Origin: Amoebidium appalachense
Taxonomy: Eukaryota > Protista > Ichthyosporea
Assembly: GCA_963693365.1 (NCBI GenBank)
Contig: CAVNZM010000011.1
Coordinates: forward strand, 8,111,937-8,175,936
Direction: 5' to 3'
DNA: 64,000 bases
Shown here: piece by piece, positions 1 to 29,464 of the stretch
Layout of the letters: the number at the start of each line of letters is the position of its first letter
How positions within the stretch are numbered: position 1 is the first letter of the stretch
The notes under the pieces: model-generated
The model's database searches: none
What the model was told of the DNA's origin: nothing
The model's input: the letters and a program-made list of their open reading frames with translations, nothing else
Made by a program: the position numbers and the translations under genes

Positions 1-626
1 TCATCTCCGAAGGAGAGAGGGGGGGGGGGGGGGGGGGGGGGGAGGGGGGGGTGGGTGGGTGGGTGGGTGGGGGGGGGGGGGATTGTTCGAGTCTACATAA
101 TGCTATTTTTCGCAAAGGATTATGCAAAAGTAAAAGAAGTACAAGAGGTATCCGAATAAGGTATATTTACGTGTTCTGGTGCTCTTTTTAACGAGCCCCT
201 CCGCCCTCCCCGTCCCCCTCCCCAACCATCACCACCACTTCGACCACCCAGCCTCCTCCTCCTCCTCTCCCCCAACCCAAAGAAGTTATGCGGTCAGATG
301 TGAAGGCACACACATACAAACACACACACACTCGATCTCCAGCTTTCTCCCAATCACCCTCTCTTGCACGTACTCACACGCACCTATTCACCCAAACCTA
401 AAATCCTTCACACACACACACACCCATCCACCCATCCCACACACCAGCACACAGACAAACACAAGTCATACAGAGAGTGAGAGAGAAAGGAAAGTCGAGA
501 AAGAGTGGGACAGAGACTGAGAGAGAAGAACATATGCGCATGTGCATGCACATTATGATACTGGAATGTATATAATGACAAACACAAACTTTCGCGCGCA
601 CGCACGCACACATATGCGCGCGCGCA

Positions 627-673
<47 letters not shown>

Positions 674-675
674 AC

Positions 676-717
<42 letters not shown>

Positions 718-993
718 TATTACTCAATGATGACTATCTCTCCCTTTCTCCAAATTGCACTCTCTCCGATCCATCCAACCTGCTGTATCACCCCCAGGAC
801 CATCCGTGGGTGTATGGAGGCACACCCAAACGCCATAAACGTCAAACACGAGAGCAGCTAAGTTTGGAAACTGATGGTTATAGGAGGCTAAATACACTCA
901 AGTATGGTAGAGCCAACGAACATACAAGAAACACAGAGACAAAACAACACAAGCACAATAAATCCATGAGGAAGACACATGCTCAATGGTTAC

Positions 994-1559
994 CTTCGCC
1001 TTGCCGCCGGTTGCATCCTTATCTGCGATCCCTCAACACTTCCCCCCAACTCATCCAGTGTGGCTACACTCCCGTATGCTCCCAACCTCTCTCCCTCCTG
1101 CCTAACCTGCGATAACATGGTTGCTGACGTGGATAACTGTGTGGTGGATAAGGAGCGACCGATTTGTGTGCTGCGGTGGACTCGTTGTGGGGAACTGAGG
1201 GCCAAATGTGACGCCTGGTTGCTCATTAGAAAACGACTGGGTTGTAGTTGTGAATCTGCTCTATTGAGAGTTTCTGCGTGTTTTAAAGACGAATCCGTGT
1301 TTTCTTCTGAGTTAGAAACGATTGCTAATGTAGGTTCTTCTTTTGCTTGTTGTGTGATGTTTGGTTTAACGAGTGAGCTGGAAAGGCGGCGTGCCTTTAT
1401 GCTTGGACGTCTAAATGAGGAACGTGCCATGAGAAGGTTTTGCTCTGATTTTTGATTTACGCTTGCACAACCCAAAGGAACGGACGTTTCTGCTGCTGCT
1501 GCAATTCTTCTCAGGCAGCTTGCAGAGCCCCCGATTGGGGATGCACTGCTTGTAGCCAT
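994..1559 (-). CDS. First coding exon of an unknown Ser/Arg-rich protein; gene probably continues leftward
   Basis: Non-repetitive 189-aa ORF (MATSSASPIGG...) starting AAAATGG and ending at an AG|GTAA donor at 993. Downstream exons not resolved. Confidence 0.6.
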
Positions 1560-2189
1560 TTTCGAAGATAAATGGTTAGGTTAGAGGAAGACTGAACGGT
1601 GTGTTGTGCCTGTTTGTGCGCGCTTGCGCGCGTAGTCGCTCTCTACTCGTAAAAGTAAGCCAAATTAGTGATGTGTTTCTTCCTGTTGCTGCCCGAATGA
1701 TACATTTTCAAACGGGAAAGCCAATGTTGTTAACGGGATGCATGCCAGGTGCGACTGTCCGGGTGAACGATGCGAAGGACACTTTCACTAACGGAGGACG
1801 TATCGCTGTTTTTCGAACGCCTAAAAACTTCTTCGACTATGCTTTTCGGGGTGTTCTTTTGAAATCTGGCTAGAGAGTAACGACCAGAGAGCAGAACGAA
1901 ACGAAGCTTGAGAGTGTGTAATGTGTTCCTTTATCCTGTTCCGAGTTCTTAGACTAGCTATGGAGGTGACAAAGTCCAGAAGTTGCCCAGCACTGTCTCA
2001 CTCACTCCGCTAGTTTAAGTGTTTTCTACACGCTCAGCTACAATAGCTCCTTATCAAGCTTCTCCAATTTTTCGGGAGTTTTTTTTTTTTTTTTTTTTTT
2101 TTTTTCTTTTTCTTTTTTTTTTTTTTTCCCGTTTCGCTTTCGCTCTTTCCCCGCACAAGCACACAGCGGCCCTCCAAACGTTTCATCTG

Positions 2190-2306
2190 CGACGTCACGT
2201 CCGCACCACTGCCCGACGATGCTGCCTGAGCCAATCAGATCGGAGATGTGTCAAACTTTATTGCGGCCAATCACATCGTCGAATACCAGCCGACGTCAGC
2301 CATGCG
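2190..2306. promoter_or_regulatory. Putative promoter elements (two CCAAT boxes, GACGTCA CRE-like motifs) upstream of the gene at 1559
   Basis: GAGCCAATCAG, GGCCAATCAC and two GACGTCA motifs in CpG-rich sequence. Motif match only. Confidence 0.25.
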
Positions 2307-2974
2307 TGATTGTTAACCAATTATGAGCTTGTGATATGTTGATATCTGCTTGATATAACTGTGCCAGGCTGCCAGCAGAGATTCAAGCGTGAGGCACGGG
2401 TTCTCCAGGGCTGGCACCTAAGAATGCAGCAAAATGCTATAATAACACTAAAAGATATGTTTTCTATCCAAAAGGATCACTAAACAGGGAAATTATAATA
2501 GGAATCGAGTAATGAATGAATGAGAAAGCTGCCAGCCTGCAACAGCCGGGCTCGCCAGCATCACTTCATGTATTTGACACGTGGCGTCTAGCCCGGGAGC
2601 ACGCAGCCGGTTGAACCAGATAGAATGCCACAGCTAATCTAAGGTTGAACGCATTATGTGACCTACGTGCACATGCTAAACATGCCTGCACGTAAAGCTT
2701 ATGCAGCTCCGTAGAATAAATACGTACCAGTATAGCTAGTTCATCTTTTCCGAGGCAGCGCTGAGAAGCCCGAAGCTAGGCTTCATTAATTAATCAGCCT
2801 GCCGCCTGCACTGCCTGCGCAACTGCGCAGAGCTCGTCCTAATTGATACCAATCTTTTCACATACTATCTGCACACAACATTGAGTGTCCTGTCTATCGT
2901 AACTATATCCCAACAAGCCAACATGTTCACATCTAGCTAGCTATCTAGGCCACTAGCACACTTGTACAACTTAA

Positions 2975-3994
2975 GGGCCTGTTTGGCAGCACCCCAATAA
3001 TCGTATTCGTATTTAGATTTACCGTATTTACAGAATTTATCGTGGTATGCGTATTTAGGGCCTAAATACGGTTGGTGCCTTCCAAACGCTGTCAGGCGTG
3101 ACTGGTCACATAACCCCAATGTCGATACATGGTTCACGAGATCTGATTGGCCCTATTCGCACCCATTGATCATCCTTCGGTATTCCATGCATATAGGCTG
3201 GTGCAGCCTGTAGTCAGTATTACAGCGAACGGCAAAATCGAGTCACCGACAGTGAGTCTTGCTCTGTTTAACAATAGGTTAGAATGTCTGTTATTGAAGG
3301 GATACTGCCAGTTATTGCGGTGGCTAGCCTTGCTAGAGACCTCGTTTTACGTCACCAACGTTCGTCCCTGGCATTCCCCACATATCTGAACACATATGAG
3401 TGTTAAAATTTGTCCTTGTCTCTGCAGTACTCGTGGTCCCTGCATGTCACCGAGTTTGTACATGTACATTTGATTGTTTTTATTAATGCATATATCGGAG
3501 TCCAGTATTGTTTCAATGATTATTATGGCCTATATATATATACAGTCTGAGCTTGTGATCATGCACCGTGTAGGGTTCCTCGTCCTCTGTCTTGCCTGTG
3601 CAGCCCAAATTCATGTGCCAATTTTAACTGAGCATGTACACAAAATGACGTGTATGACACCGACCTTCTTTTTAACAGTGAATTGTTCACGTGCATGCGC
3701 CGGCATGCGTACTGTAGTAAGAATGTGCCCTCCGCGGCTTACGCTGTACCATTGGCTAGCTGATAGCCAATAAATGATGCGAAATGCTCTGATTGGCTAA
3801 TTTCCTATATCGTATTTACGAAAATCACCTCCGGAGGTGATTTTCGTAAATACGATATAAAAGCGATCCCTATCGTATTTACAAAAAATAAAAGCCCGCG
3901 GCGTGTTTGGCATGCCACGGGATCGTATACGTATTTTAGGCCCTAAATACGAATACGATAAAAAACCGTATTTAGCGCGCTACCAAACAGGCCC
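2975..3994. mobile_element. Non-autonomous PIF/Harbinger (Tourist-like) DNA transposon
   Basis: TIRs GGGCCTGTTTGG (2975) and CCAAACAGGCCC (ends 3994), TAA target-site duplication on both sides, many subterminal CGTATTTA/TAAATACG repeats, no transposase ORF. Confidence 0.88.
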
Positions 3995-4221
3995 TAAAAC
4001 GGCACCTCCGTGATCCATAGTCGTGCACGCAGAGTAGCATGCATACATATGTACACGTGCATGCATGGTACAGGGTGCCAAACACTACATGAAGTCCGTC
4101 ACCCTTTCAGCCCCCAACCGGCTCGTAGCCCGTACTATTTACATATACACAAAACTCACACAAACACAGTGCTGTTCAGACTCAATGACATGCACACGCA
4201 CGCACAGACACGCAGTCACTC

Positions 4222-4268
<47 letters not shown>

Positions 4269-4395
4269 ACACACCCACACACCCACACACCCACCCACCC
4301 ACACACCCAACCACCCAACCACCCACCCACCCACACACACACACGCCACACACACACACACACACACGTGCGTGTACCCACATCCACCCCCCCCC

Positions 4396-4426
<31 letters not shown>

Positions 4427-5054
4427 AATCCACTGCGGCACAGCCACACTCTACGCCTGAGCCCTGGGATTGAAAGCTAACATGCTGAAGGAAAACAAAG
4501 CCATGTGGTGTAACTTTCTAGCCAGTCGTTCTGGGGGCTATCTACAGCGTTGATACCCGTCTTGTACGCATTAGTAAAAATAAAATAAAATTGTTTTCTT
4601 CATGAATTCACAAAACACAGAATTTGTTATCCCTTGAACATACATCATGATTTCCAAGATTTTTTAATATTTACTTCGTCCGTAGATTACCAATGCTCGA
4701 GTTTTTTGCACAGACCAGCTGTGCGTATATATATGCTCCCGGGCCACACGCACAATGAAAGCAGTGTGTAGCATGCATATGGCCGAGCAACCTTAAAATC
4801 CTTTAACGCTGATATCATAATGGACCCCACCAAAGTATGACGACTCCACCTCATGATCCTCGCCTTGTAAACGTGAAGAAAACGTGAAGGAGCCAATGGC
4901 AAGCATGGCTCTGCTAACGTTCATAAATTGAATCCCCCCCTCCTCCATCCGCAAGATCACAAGACTGTACTTCAAATATCATAATAATGTACAACTGACC
5001 AAAAAGTCTTGATATACACCTTAGATTCTTTTTTATTATCTATCCTCCCCCCCC

Positions 5055-5095
<41 letters not shown>

Positions 5096-5424
5096 CCTCC
5101 TCCTTCATCCTCCACCGAGACAATAAAAAAATCCCATGTGCAGACTTCGAGACCAAACACAGGATAGGTTTTACAAACACAAATGGAGAGAAGTCGAACT
5201 TCAAATATGTACATCCGTTGGCTTTTTCTTTCAAAGCATTCCATGATGGGCTATCCCCCCCCCCCCCTCCCCCCCTCTCTCAAAAAAAAAAAATACTTGG
5301 ACAGGAATTGAGAATGCTGTTACAGAAATAATCCTAAGTTGCAAGAATATATTCATGCCCTCACGAGAACCGTTCCCTATTTGCCGACCTATGCAGTCGC
5401 ATGATACTTGCGCAGAATTATGCG

Positions 5425-20172
<14,748 letters not shown>

Positions 20173-21282
20173 CTTGCATGCCAACGTGATACCACTCGTG
20201 GAGGTTTTGGGGGGGTGATGGAAGAAACAGAAAGCTGAGGTTCAGAAACTTAACTGGTTATGGTATTGGCTTAAATCATACGGGTCGGTCTGTTCAAGTG
20301 TGAAAACGCTCGTTTGTGCGCTGAGCTGAAAAAAACTTTGCAAATGGTGCAAAGACAACTCAGGCATGCGCAGCCGGCGTGCAGAACGACTCGGATGAGA
20401 CTTTTCAGAGTGCACGTGCACATCACCCGTGGTGCACGATAGGCCAATCGAAAACGCCTAAAGTTTACGCAAAACTGAGCGCCGCATGCGCGTCAAATTA
20501 TGTGGGCAAGCTGCAGTGTGCCTGGTGGGAGCCTGGTGTGTTTGTTAGTGTCTCGGACGAACGAGAGGACAGGAGGGGTAGTACTGCCAGATGCAGTTGG
20601 GGCGGAAGATGGTAACTGAAAAGTAATGAATGGGCTTCACATGATTACTGGGACTTGGTGATCACTTATAAGAATTATATCAGACATATTAGCTATATAA
20701 TACCTAAAGGTGATCTCAAGTTCCGAAGGCTGCACGTATGATATATTCCTACTTTTATTTTTTTATCCCGCAAATGATATGAAATCGAAAGGTCACACGA
20801 ACCCTACAATGTCTGCAGATGGTATGGCTGCACAGGACCGGAATAGGTGCGTAGAGCAATCATTTGCAAGCCATCCGAGTTATTGGTACCGGTACCGGTA
20901 TACATTGTGAGCGGAATGCTGCGCAGGTAGTACAGCCTCATTTACTCCGCCGCCTCTCACCAGAACAAACGGTACCCTAGCTATAGGCCTAGTGGCTAGT
21001 GAACGTTTCACAAATACAGCAGCCACAAATGTAGCAGCTATCTGGAATCCAGTCAATGATTTACGCAATTGCGGTTCTATTAGAGCATTTTAGGCTGTTT
21101 TTTTGTCGTATTGCATCATACATATTGTTGAATATGAGGGGGGGGGGGGGGGGGGAGGGGAGGGAGGAGAGGGGGCCCCGGGGGGGGGGGGGGGGGGGGG
21201 GAAGGGGGGAGGGAGGGGGAGAAGGAGGGGGGGGGCAGGGGAAGGGGAGGGGGGAGAGGTGGGGGGAGGTGTGTGTGTATGT

Positions 21283-21329
<47 letters not shown>

Positions 21330-23143
21330 CTACAAGCCTTCCGCGTACGGTGCCATGGCCAGTGCCAGTGGCCACGCTGTTGTTGTTGGCGTACAGTAAT
21401 TGTGTACCAATACCGGATACCAAATATGACAATACAAAACATCTTTCTATTGGATCATGCTATGGCATGTTGTGATTGGCTGTGAAATGCCAATATTGCT
21501 ATTGGATGAGACGGCACCCAATGGAACGCGCTAGGACTCTTCTCGCACCACCTGATTGGTTTTTTTACTTACTGCGTTATTATTGGTTTAGCGCGTACCG
21601 AAGAATGTGCCAACTGAGCAGGGGAGGGATTACGAAAAAAAATCGTCGTAATTATGATTAACGAGAGACCCCGATACGAATAAGGTTAGGGTGCCGTCGT
21701 AACAGCTTTCGTATCAGGTGTATAGCATTATAGACGCTTGAATATCTAAATTTACCTTTTTTTTTTTAACATTTCTGTTCAAGAACATATATATAGATAC
21801 AACGATGGCGCTTCTCATGTGCAATATCGAGCCCCGACAAGTTTCTAACTTAGGTTTGTATTCTTGCGATACTCAATGTGTACAAATACGTATTTTGGGT
21901 TTTGTGACTGGAGGGGCGTTTTAGGAGGGCCCTGCAGCTCCACAAGAACCCTCCCCGTTACGATAAAAAATATTTCCGTTACGATGGCCAAAGGGCGATA
22001 CGGCTAAGCTGGCCAACCCCAGCCCAACGCAACTGAGCCGCGTGTGTGTCACACGTACCCGCAGCTACCCCGCACCATGCAGCAGCCGCCCACGTACGCT
22101 CAAGTGCAGGGAACAGACTCTTGAACACAGAGCGCGCCACCTCGATCGGGAACGTCCTAGCAAGACACTTGCAGCTATATAAATCTTTTTATGTTGGTGA
22201 TTACCGTGACTAAGCTCACGCGGCATAAGCTTCACACGGCACCTACTTCGAATTCCAGGTTTTTTTTCCTTTACAGCCACGGTCCTTCGACTTCCAATTT
22301 GTAAGTGACCCGTGATAATGATGCTTTTTATGTACAACTTTGAACCCCAGTTTCTTGCAACACTATTGCATAGGTCCCTTATTCTAATCACTGAACCAGA
22401 TGTCTGACGGTTGGCAGTTTGGCTCAAGGAAAGTTCTGTTGCCCTCTATTCCCTTTTCCATGTGAACTAGCACGTGCACGGGTCGGTTATGCACTGCGGC
22501 CCACGCGTACGCGTGCGTGTCCCACTAGCCCCAGCTTCGGCCTGGGGTTGACAATAGTCTCTTTTGTAAACGCGGATTTCTTGAGTTGTTGTTCTTTTTC
22601 ATACATTTGGTTTTATATTTTATGGCAATTTTTCCATCGCTGCCCCCGTCATTCTCTCGGCTACTAGCATGCACACTACTTAGCATGCATCGTCCCAAGC
22701 CACTCACGGGAAACAGGTTATCTCTCCATGTAGCTATGTAGAGAGAGAAAGAGAAATTTAAATAGAGCGAGAGAGAGAGAGACAGAGAGAGAGTGTGTGT
22801 GTGTGTGCGCGCCTGTGTGTGTCTATGTGTGGTCCAGTGTCACTGTGTTGCTGTCTGCATTCTTCTTTTAGTTTGATATAAGTTGTGGTCATGCAGTTTA
22901 CACATGTCATTCTGGCCTTACAAATCTCCATTGCACTCAGTGCTGAGGCTAAATACTAGCACTCTGGCGTTTCAAGTTCAATTTCGACAGTAGTTTTTGT
23001 TTGGGTTTCGAAAAAAATTCCCCTATGTGGATCAAGTGCGCTTTCAGAACGGCGAATGTCAAGACCGGCTGCCATACATGTGAGCGAGAACTTTCAGGTT
23101 GTGAACGAATTCAAAGCCTACCCGGAAAGAGCCCGTGTCCAAC

Positions 23144-23179
<36 letters not shown>

Positions 23180-23940
23180 AGTTTGAGATAAGAAGAATAC
23201 GCTGGTGGGAGAAAGACGCTTAATTCAAGTGCTTCCACGCCATTGAGAAATCCCTACCAGCTCAACCTTTTACCATATTGGCAAGTAACATCCCCCCTCC
23301 CCATCCCTTCCCTCCCCCCCCCCCCCTCCCTCCCCTCCCTTCCTCCGCCCCTCCCGTCACAACCACCGTTACCACCACCACCACTACCACCACCATCACC
23401 ACTACCACTATACAACCACCACTTTGACCACAAAGACACACACAAACTACCACAGCCCCCTACAGCCACACTAGTAGAAACCAGCCTGTGACTCCCCTAG
23501 GTGGCCTGTTGTTTAGTTTTAAATGCCCCTACATTGACTCAAGTCAAGAATAAAACAGTAAAAAAACACCCCGAGAAGAACCCGAGACTCTGGCGAAAAA
23601 AATTGTAACGTTTTTCACATGGCAAGCATATACAGGCACACCGTACACGCATACACACGGGACAGACTGCACTTGCACGAAACTTGTGCGCGCGCGCACA
23701 CACACGGACACAGACACAGCCACCATGGCACACGCAGCACTGAAAAAAACACGCAAATACATGAGCACATGTGTTACACACATTGCACCCCCCATCCCCC
23801 CCCCCCCACCCCCCCCCACCCCCACCCCCTCCTTGCCCGGCTCTCTTTGAGCAAAAAATGACTAACAAAAACGGAAACAAACAGGTGAACAGACCACCAA
23901 CACGGTGAATTAATTTCCTTCAACTCCACGTATCCGGAAA

Positions 23941-24100
23941 ATGGTGCTTTACGGCGGGCTGAGACCCGTAGAGTTCTACGTCGGGAAGGTGAATTATTTC
24001 TACCCCTATACACTCTCATTCCCCTGCCCCTTAAAGAAAAAAAAAAAAGAAAAGAAAAAGAAAAAAAAAAAAGCCACCCTTTACTGACTCACCACACCCG

Positions 24101-24149
<49 letters not shown>

Positions 24150-25370
24150 AAAAAAAAAAAAAAGAGAGAGAGAAAGAAAAGGAAAAAAGAACTCTTCTTA
24201 TAAATAATGATTATGATGGTGGTGGCAAATAAAATGAGTTACTGACTTCTAAAGGGGGAAAAAACCCCATCAACAGATGGAGCATCAAAGAGATTTATAA
24301 GAAAAATGAAAATGAATGGAATGGGGAATAACTACTACGGTTATGGTCTGCAATGTTTTGTTACTTTTATGCTCTCTCAATGCATGTTCCTGTCTGCCGA
24401 TGGCAAAAAATCAGCCTGGGGACCCTTTTTGTTTTCCTTTTTTCCATCAACCCACCTTCCCCCCCCCCCCCCCCCCCCCCCCCCCCTTTCCCCCCTTCTT
24501 CGACTCTTGTTTCGCTGAGTTATTTTGTTTATTTATTTATTATTATTATTATTTTCTTTTTTTTTGGGGGGGGGGGGTTTCAGGGAAGCGTTAAAGAGAG
24601 ACACTGCCCGAACGGGGAAAAGGTTAATAGGGTCGTAGATGGGTGGAGGGTTTTTTTTTTGGTTTTTTTTTTTTGGGGGGGGGGGGGGGGGGGTAGGGTC
24701 GGGGTGTAGAGAGACTGCCCCATATGGGGGGGGGGAGGGGGGAGGGGGGAGGATTGGATGAGAGAGACTCGAGGGGGGGGGGGGGGGGGGGGGATAGTGA
24801 ATTTCTAACCAAGAAAACTGCCACGCAGTATGGAGCACTTTCAGTGATCGTGGTGAGTGTTATCTCGTGCCTGTGGATATTCAGGGAGACATACCATCTG
24901 CACCGCCGCCATCGTGGGGAATTCTCCCTCATGCAGTATTTCCCGACATTTATTGCACTTTCCGATATATTTTCCTCTGGCGCGCGCGCCGGCACCATCA
25001 TCTACACGCTGATTCTACCGGATGTCGGCCAAATTTCCGGATTATGCCAAATGTTCGGGTTTTTCATGACTTTCGGTGTTCTCTGCATTGCAACTTCGCC
25101 TGCGATGGTCAGTATTTACGTGTGGGCGGTGGTAGGCAATAAACCCCGTCTTCTGTTCTTCAAGTCTGTGTTTCAGATGTTGGCCATTGGATACGGAGTG
25201 CCGCTTTCTCTCGCCATTGTTCCCTTGTTCTTCAACGCATATGGAAAGTGAGATATCCCCCCCCCCCCCCCCCCCCCCCCCCTTCCCCCGGGCTCCCCAA
25301 CTGCTTTCCTCGAATCTTTGGCACAGTTTTGTTGATTTCCTCGCTACCCACCACCACAGAAACACAACCA

Positions 25371-25418
<48 letters not shown>

Positions 25419-25812
25419 ACCCCCCTCCCCCCCCCACACCCCCCACCACACACACACACACAAATTCAACCCCTCAACTCCCCCCCCCCCCCCCCCCCCC
25501 CCAAAAGGAAAAAAAGAAAAATTAAAAAATTAACTCACCTAGCCTGGCCCGGCCCACCACCCACTTATCCCGAGGCTCCTTTCACGGTCCATGCACTTAT
25601 ATCTGCCAACCATTATGAGTGCATGACATTAATTCACTGCTAACTTACCATACTAATCAAAACCTATGGTTATACTGTATGGTTCTCTACGGCCATGTAC
25701 CTGTGGTTCCCTCCTGCTCCTTCCCCTCCCCCCACTCCCGCCAATCCCCCCCCACATACACCAGTGGTACCATCCCCCCCCCCCCCCCCCCCCCCCCCCA
25801 TCCCTCCCCCCC

Positions 25813-25843
<31 letters not shown>

Positions 25844-26049
25844 AGGCCCCGCGCCCGGCAGCTCCTTCACCCCACCACCATCCCCACCCCAAAAAAAAAC
25901 ATCCCGGGGGCTTCTGCCTGCCTGTCCCTATATTTTATACCGCATCCCTTTGTGATTGCCTTCTTTCTCGTCACTTTTTAGACTAAAAGGTATACGACAT
26001 GCTTACCTTACCATTGGTGTAAAAATGAAAGTTTCACTCACTTCTCCCC

Positions 26050-26086
<37 letters not shown>

Positions 26087-27949
26087 ACCCCTCTCTCTCT
26101 CGCTCCTCCTTCCCCCCTCCCCCCCACTTCCCCCCAACCCTCCCGACTTCCCTCATTCCCGTACCCGCTTCCCTCCCCCCTTCCCCCTTGCCTCCTCTTG
26201 CTCTTTCATCCCTCTCCACTCCCCCTCCCTCCCCCCTTCCCCCCCCACCCCAAAAAAAAAAAAAAAAAAAAACCTTTTTAAATAATACAGGGCAGGACCG
26301 TGGTGCAGCATAGCCATGAGCAACCCCCCCTGGGTGACCAATCTCTACAGTCTGGGCTTTATCACCTTATCTCTCACCATCAGCACGACGTGCTACGTGC
26401 TCACAGCCCTCCGCCTAAGAGAGTCTAGGTCCTTCCGCACCCAAGCATACGTCGACACTAATAGTCGCATTCCGCGCAATCGCAACCCACCCGCCATATG
26501 CATCCTGTCAGGAAGACCAATTGGGTCCTCGAAACGAGCCAATCAGACCGTGGGTGGATCGGTTCTGAACCAATCATCTTGCATCGCCAAGGAGGAGTGC
26601 GAAAACGACCACATCCAGAGAAATGTGCCCAAACTCTCGCAGATACAGTCTTATCTGTGGTATAAACCTCCTTCCCCCTTCCCTTCCCCCCCCCCCCCCC
26701 CCTCCCTCCCTCCTCCCTGCCCTCCCCCCCCCCCCCCCCCCCCCCGCACCCCCTCCGGACCACCCCACCACCACCACTCGCATGCCCACCTGCCCACCTG
26801 CCTGCCGCTCAGATACACATATACAGATCATAAGCCACGAGCACGCATATGATGCACGTTTATGTAGTATTCTGCACACACGCATGTCCGCTTTGCAATG
26901 AACGAAAACAAGCACAGGGAAAGAAAAGTCTTTGCAAATTATGCACAAAAACACTTCTTTGGCTAAAAAAGCACATCAGCCCCCCCCCCTCCCCCCCCCC
27001 CACCCCTCTTCTCCCCCCCCCCAAACCCCACCCCTTCCCCCCTTTCCCCGCCTCTCCTCTCGTTATTCCGGGGAAAAGGGGGATGGGTGGGGGGGAAAGG
27101 TATAGAGTAACTGACATGTAACCAAGCTCTCACACCAAACCTCCCCCCCTCCCCCCCCCCCCCCCCCCCAAAAAAATGCCCTTCCCTATCGAGAGTTTTA
27201 TGAGTTTCATCGAAGCAACGAGTGGTTTTAGTTATATTCATCTTTTTTCCCACCCAACACAGGATCAAGGGGATGACTTGCCCAACCCATCTGCGTGCAC
27301 CCTACCAATCGCAACCACCGAAACAATAGCCTCCGATCCAATCACAAACGTCAAACCCATATCTTCGTCCCTGCACGCTACCTTCATCCAAGAGACCATG
27401 CCGCCAGCAAAATCCCACCACGGTTTGCCTCGACGTGCGGAGTTGGACGCCCTCTACGTAAACAACGCTACCCGTAAAAACATAAATTCGACAAACCAGC
27501 GTAATTTCATTGAATCTCTGAACTCTTCCCATATTATCACCATTGTTCCGTCGGCTGTCACTGTTTCAACCGCCACACCCTTCGTTAGCTCCGACACTCC
27601 TCTCTCATCCTCCGTTCCCGCCACCGGAAGCACCCAGAACACGCCACTGCAGTGCACCAATCAGAGTCAAGAGTCACCCACTACGTGCACGCAACGACAG
27701 AAGCGATTGGCCGCCATGATGAACGGGTTTGTGTTGATCTTCGTCGTGGAATGGACCCCGTGGGCTCTGTACAATTTCATGCTGAGCATGAGGCTTAGAC
27801 CCCCCCAGGGGTTTGTTGTGGCCGTGGTCCTGTTGGCAAACATGGCGGGTTTATTGAATGCGTTGCTCTACCGTGTATTTCTGGCTTCGTTGAAGGAGAG
27901 GGAACAAAGAAATTTTAAATCCGAGGCAAATGTAGGCCCGGAGGTTTGA
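23941..27949 (+). CDS. Seven-transmembrane GPCR, cAMP-receptor-like / Git3-Gpr1 / GPR157 type, with long third intracellular loop
   Basis: Exons: 23941-23988 (MVLYGGLRPVEFYVGK, inferred); 24829-25247 (TM1-4, IALSDIF, LCQMFGF, GYGVPL, NAYGK); 26291-~26550/26659 (AGPWCSI, TM5); 27264-27949 (FVLIFVVEWTPW, NMAGLLNALLY). The exon 3/4 junction is not resolved. Confidence 0.8.
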
Positions 27950-28562
27950 TTTAAGGCCCATGATTGGGTCATGTGTATGCATTAGCGCGAAAACGTTTGT
28001 GTTTGTGTTTTCGTATATATTCACGAAACTTCTAATAAAAGCACGGAAACATTTAACAAAATGAAACCACTTATATAACTATTAATTCATAACATACATT
28101 TATACATGTTCTTACCATAACACGTCTAAATATAATTATTCCTAATAGTTGAAGAACATAGCACAATGCTACGTCGTGGGAAAGGAATGAGAAAGGAATG
28201 TAAGTTACTATATTTGGGAAAATACAAACGAGATATGATTGGATGACATATATAGATTTTGACACAAACGACAATACGTGTGCGCGAGCTAAGTATGTCG
28301 ATACGTACACAGATCTAAGATGTCGTGTACACGGAAACAGAAAAGAAAGAAAGAAATGAAGAAAGGAAAAGGAAACAAACTACAACAACTAATAAATAAA
28401 TACAAAACTCAACTTCTAAGTCTTGCTGAGAATCAAGTGAAGATGACAAACACACACACACGCACACACGCGCGCGCGCGTGCGCACACCACACACACAC
28501 ACACACACGTGACACACACACACACACACACATGTACACACACACACACACACATACAAACA

Positions 28563-28649
<87 letters not shown>

Positions 28650-29464
28650 GCACGCACACACACCATTACACACACCGTAAACACACCGTTTGGATATGCC
28701 ATATTGAGTCATCCCTTGCCGTAACAATTATTTGAATCTGAGGTGACACATGAGGCACTTAAAGTACGCGTACACACACACAACCCGTTCCCGCAACGCC
28801 CTGAGGCACACAATGCACACATGTGCATCAATGAATCGTTAATTAAATTTAAATTTTTAAGAAACACACACGCCCTAAAGTATACATTTACGGTACACAC
28901 TGGCTAAGGTGTGCAAGTCTTTTTGTACTGCGAGCCAACGAGTCACATCAGCGTTGTATTACAAAAACAATGCAAAATACAATGGTGGCACATAATGATT
29001 TGAAATAAATCCCGCACATTCAAACCTAGAATCATCTGGATAATTCTAGCTGCATCGGTTTCCTGCAGGCCAGCTGCAAGAACAAATTGGATCACGTGAC
29101 AGGCACATCATGTGACATTTATAAAAGCAATTGTATATGATTCAAATGGCATTGAACAAGTGCTAATGGTATAACTTATTTTCCTTATAATCAAATATGA
29201 ATGGTTCTGCCCGTAGTAGATGTACAAACGGAGAATATTTCACAGCAGCAAGCGGTCACTTTAAATACCTTCATTTCTGAATGCCGTGCCTCGCGTAACT
29301 GTACTTCCTCCGGCCCCGAGTCAACCATCCCCTCCCCATCCCCCCCCCCCCCCATCCCCCCCCCCCATCCCTCCCCCCCCCCCCCTCCGCCCCCTTATCC
29401 CCTTACCCTCCTCCCACCCCCCCCCCCCCCCCCCCACCCCCACCCCCTTCTGAGTATCAATAAT

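Noticed and set aside
20879-21425. Degenerate inverted TATTGGTACCGG-type ends
   Set aside because: Low-complexity, self-palindromic motifs with no TSD.
21686-21997. Possible MITE with GCCGTCGTAAC / GTTACGATGGC inverted ends
   Set aside because: Only 10/11 bp match, the termini do not correspond, and there is no TSD.
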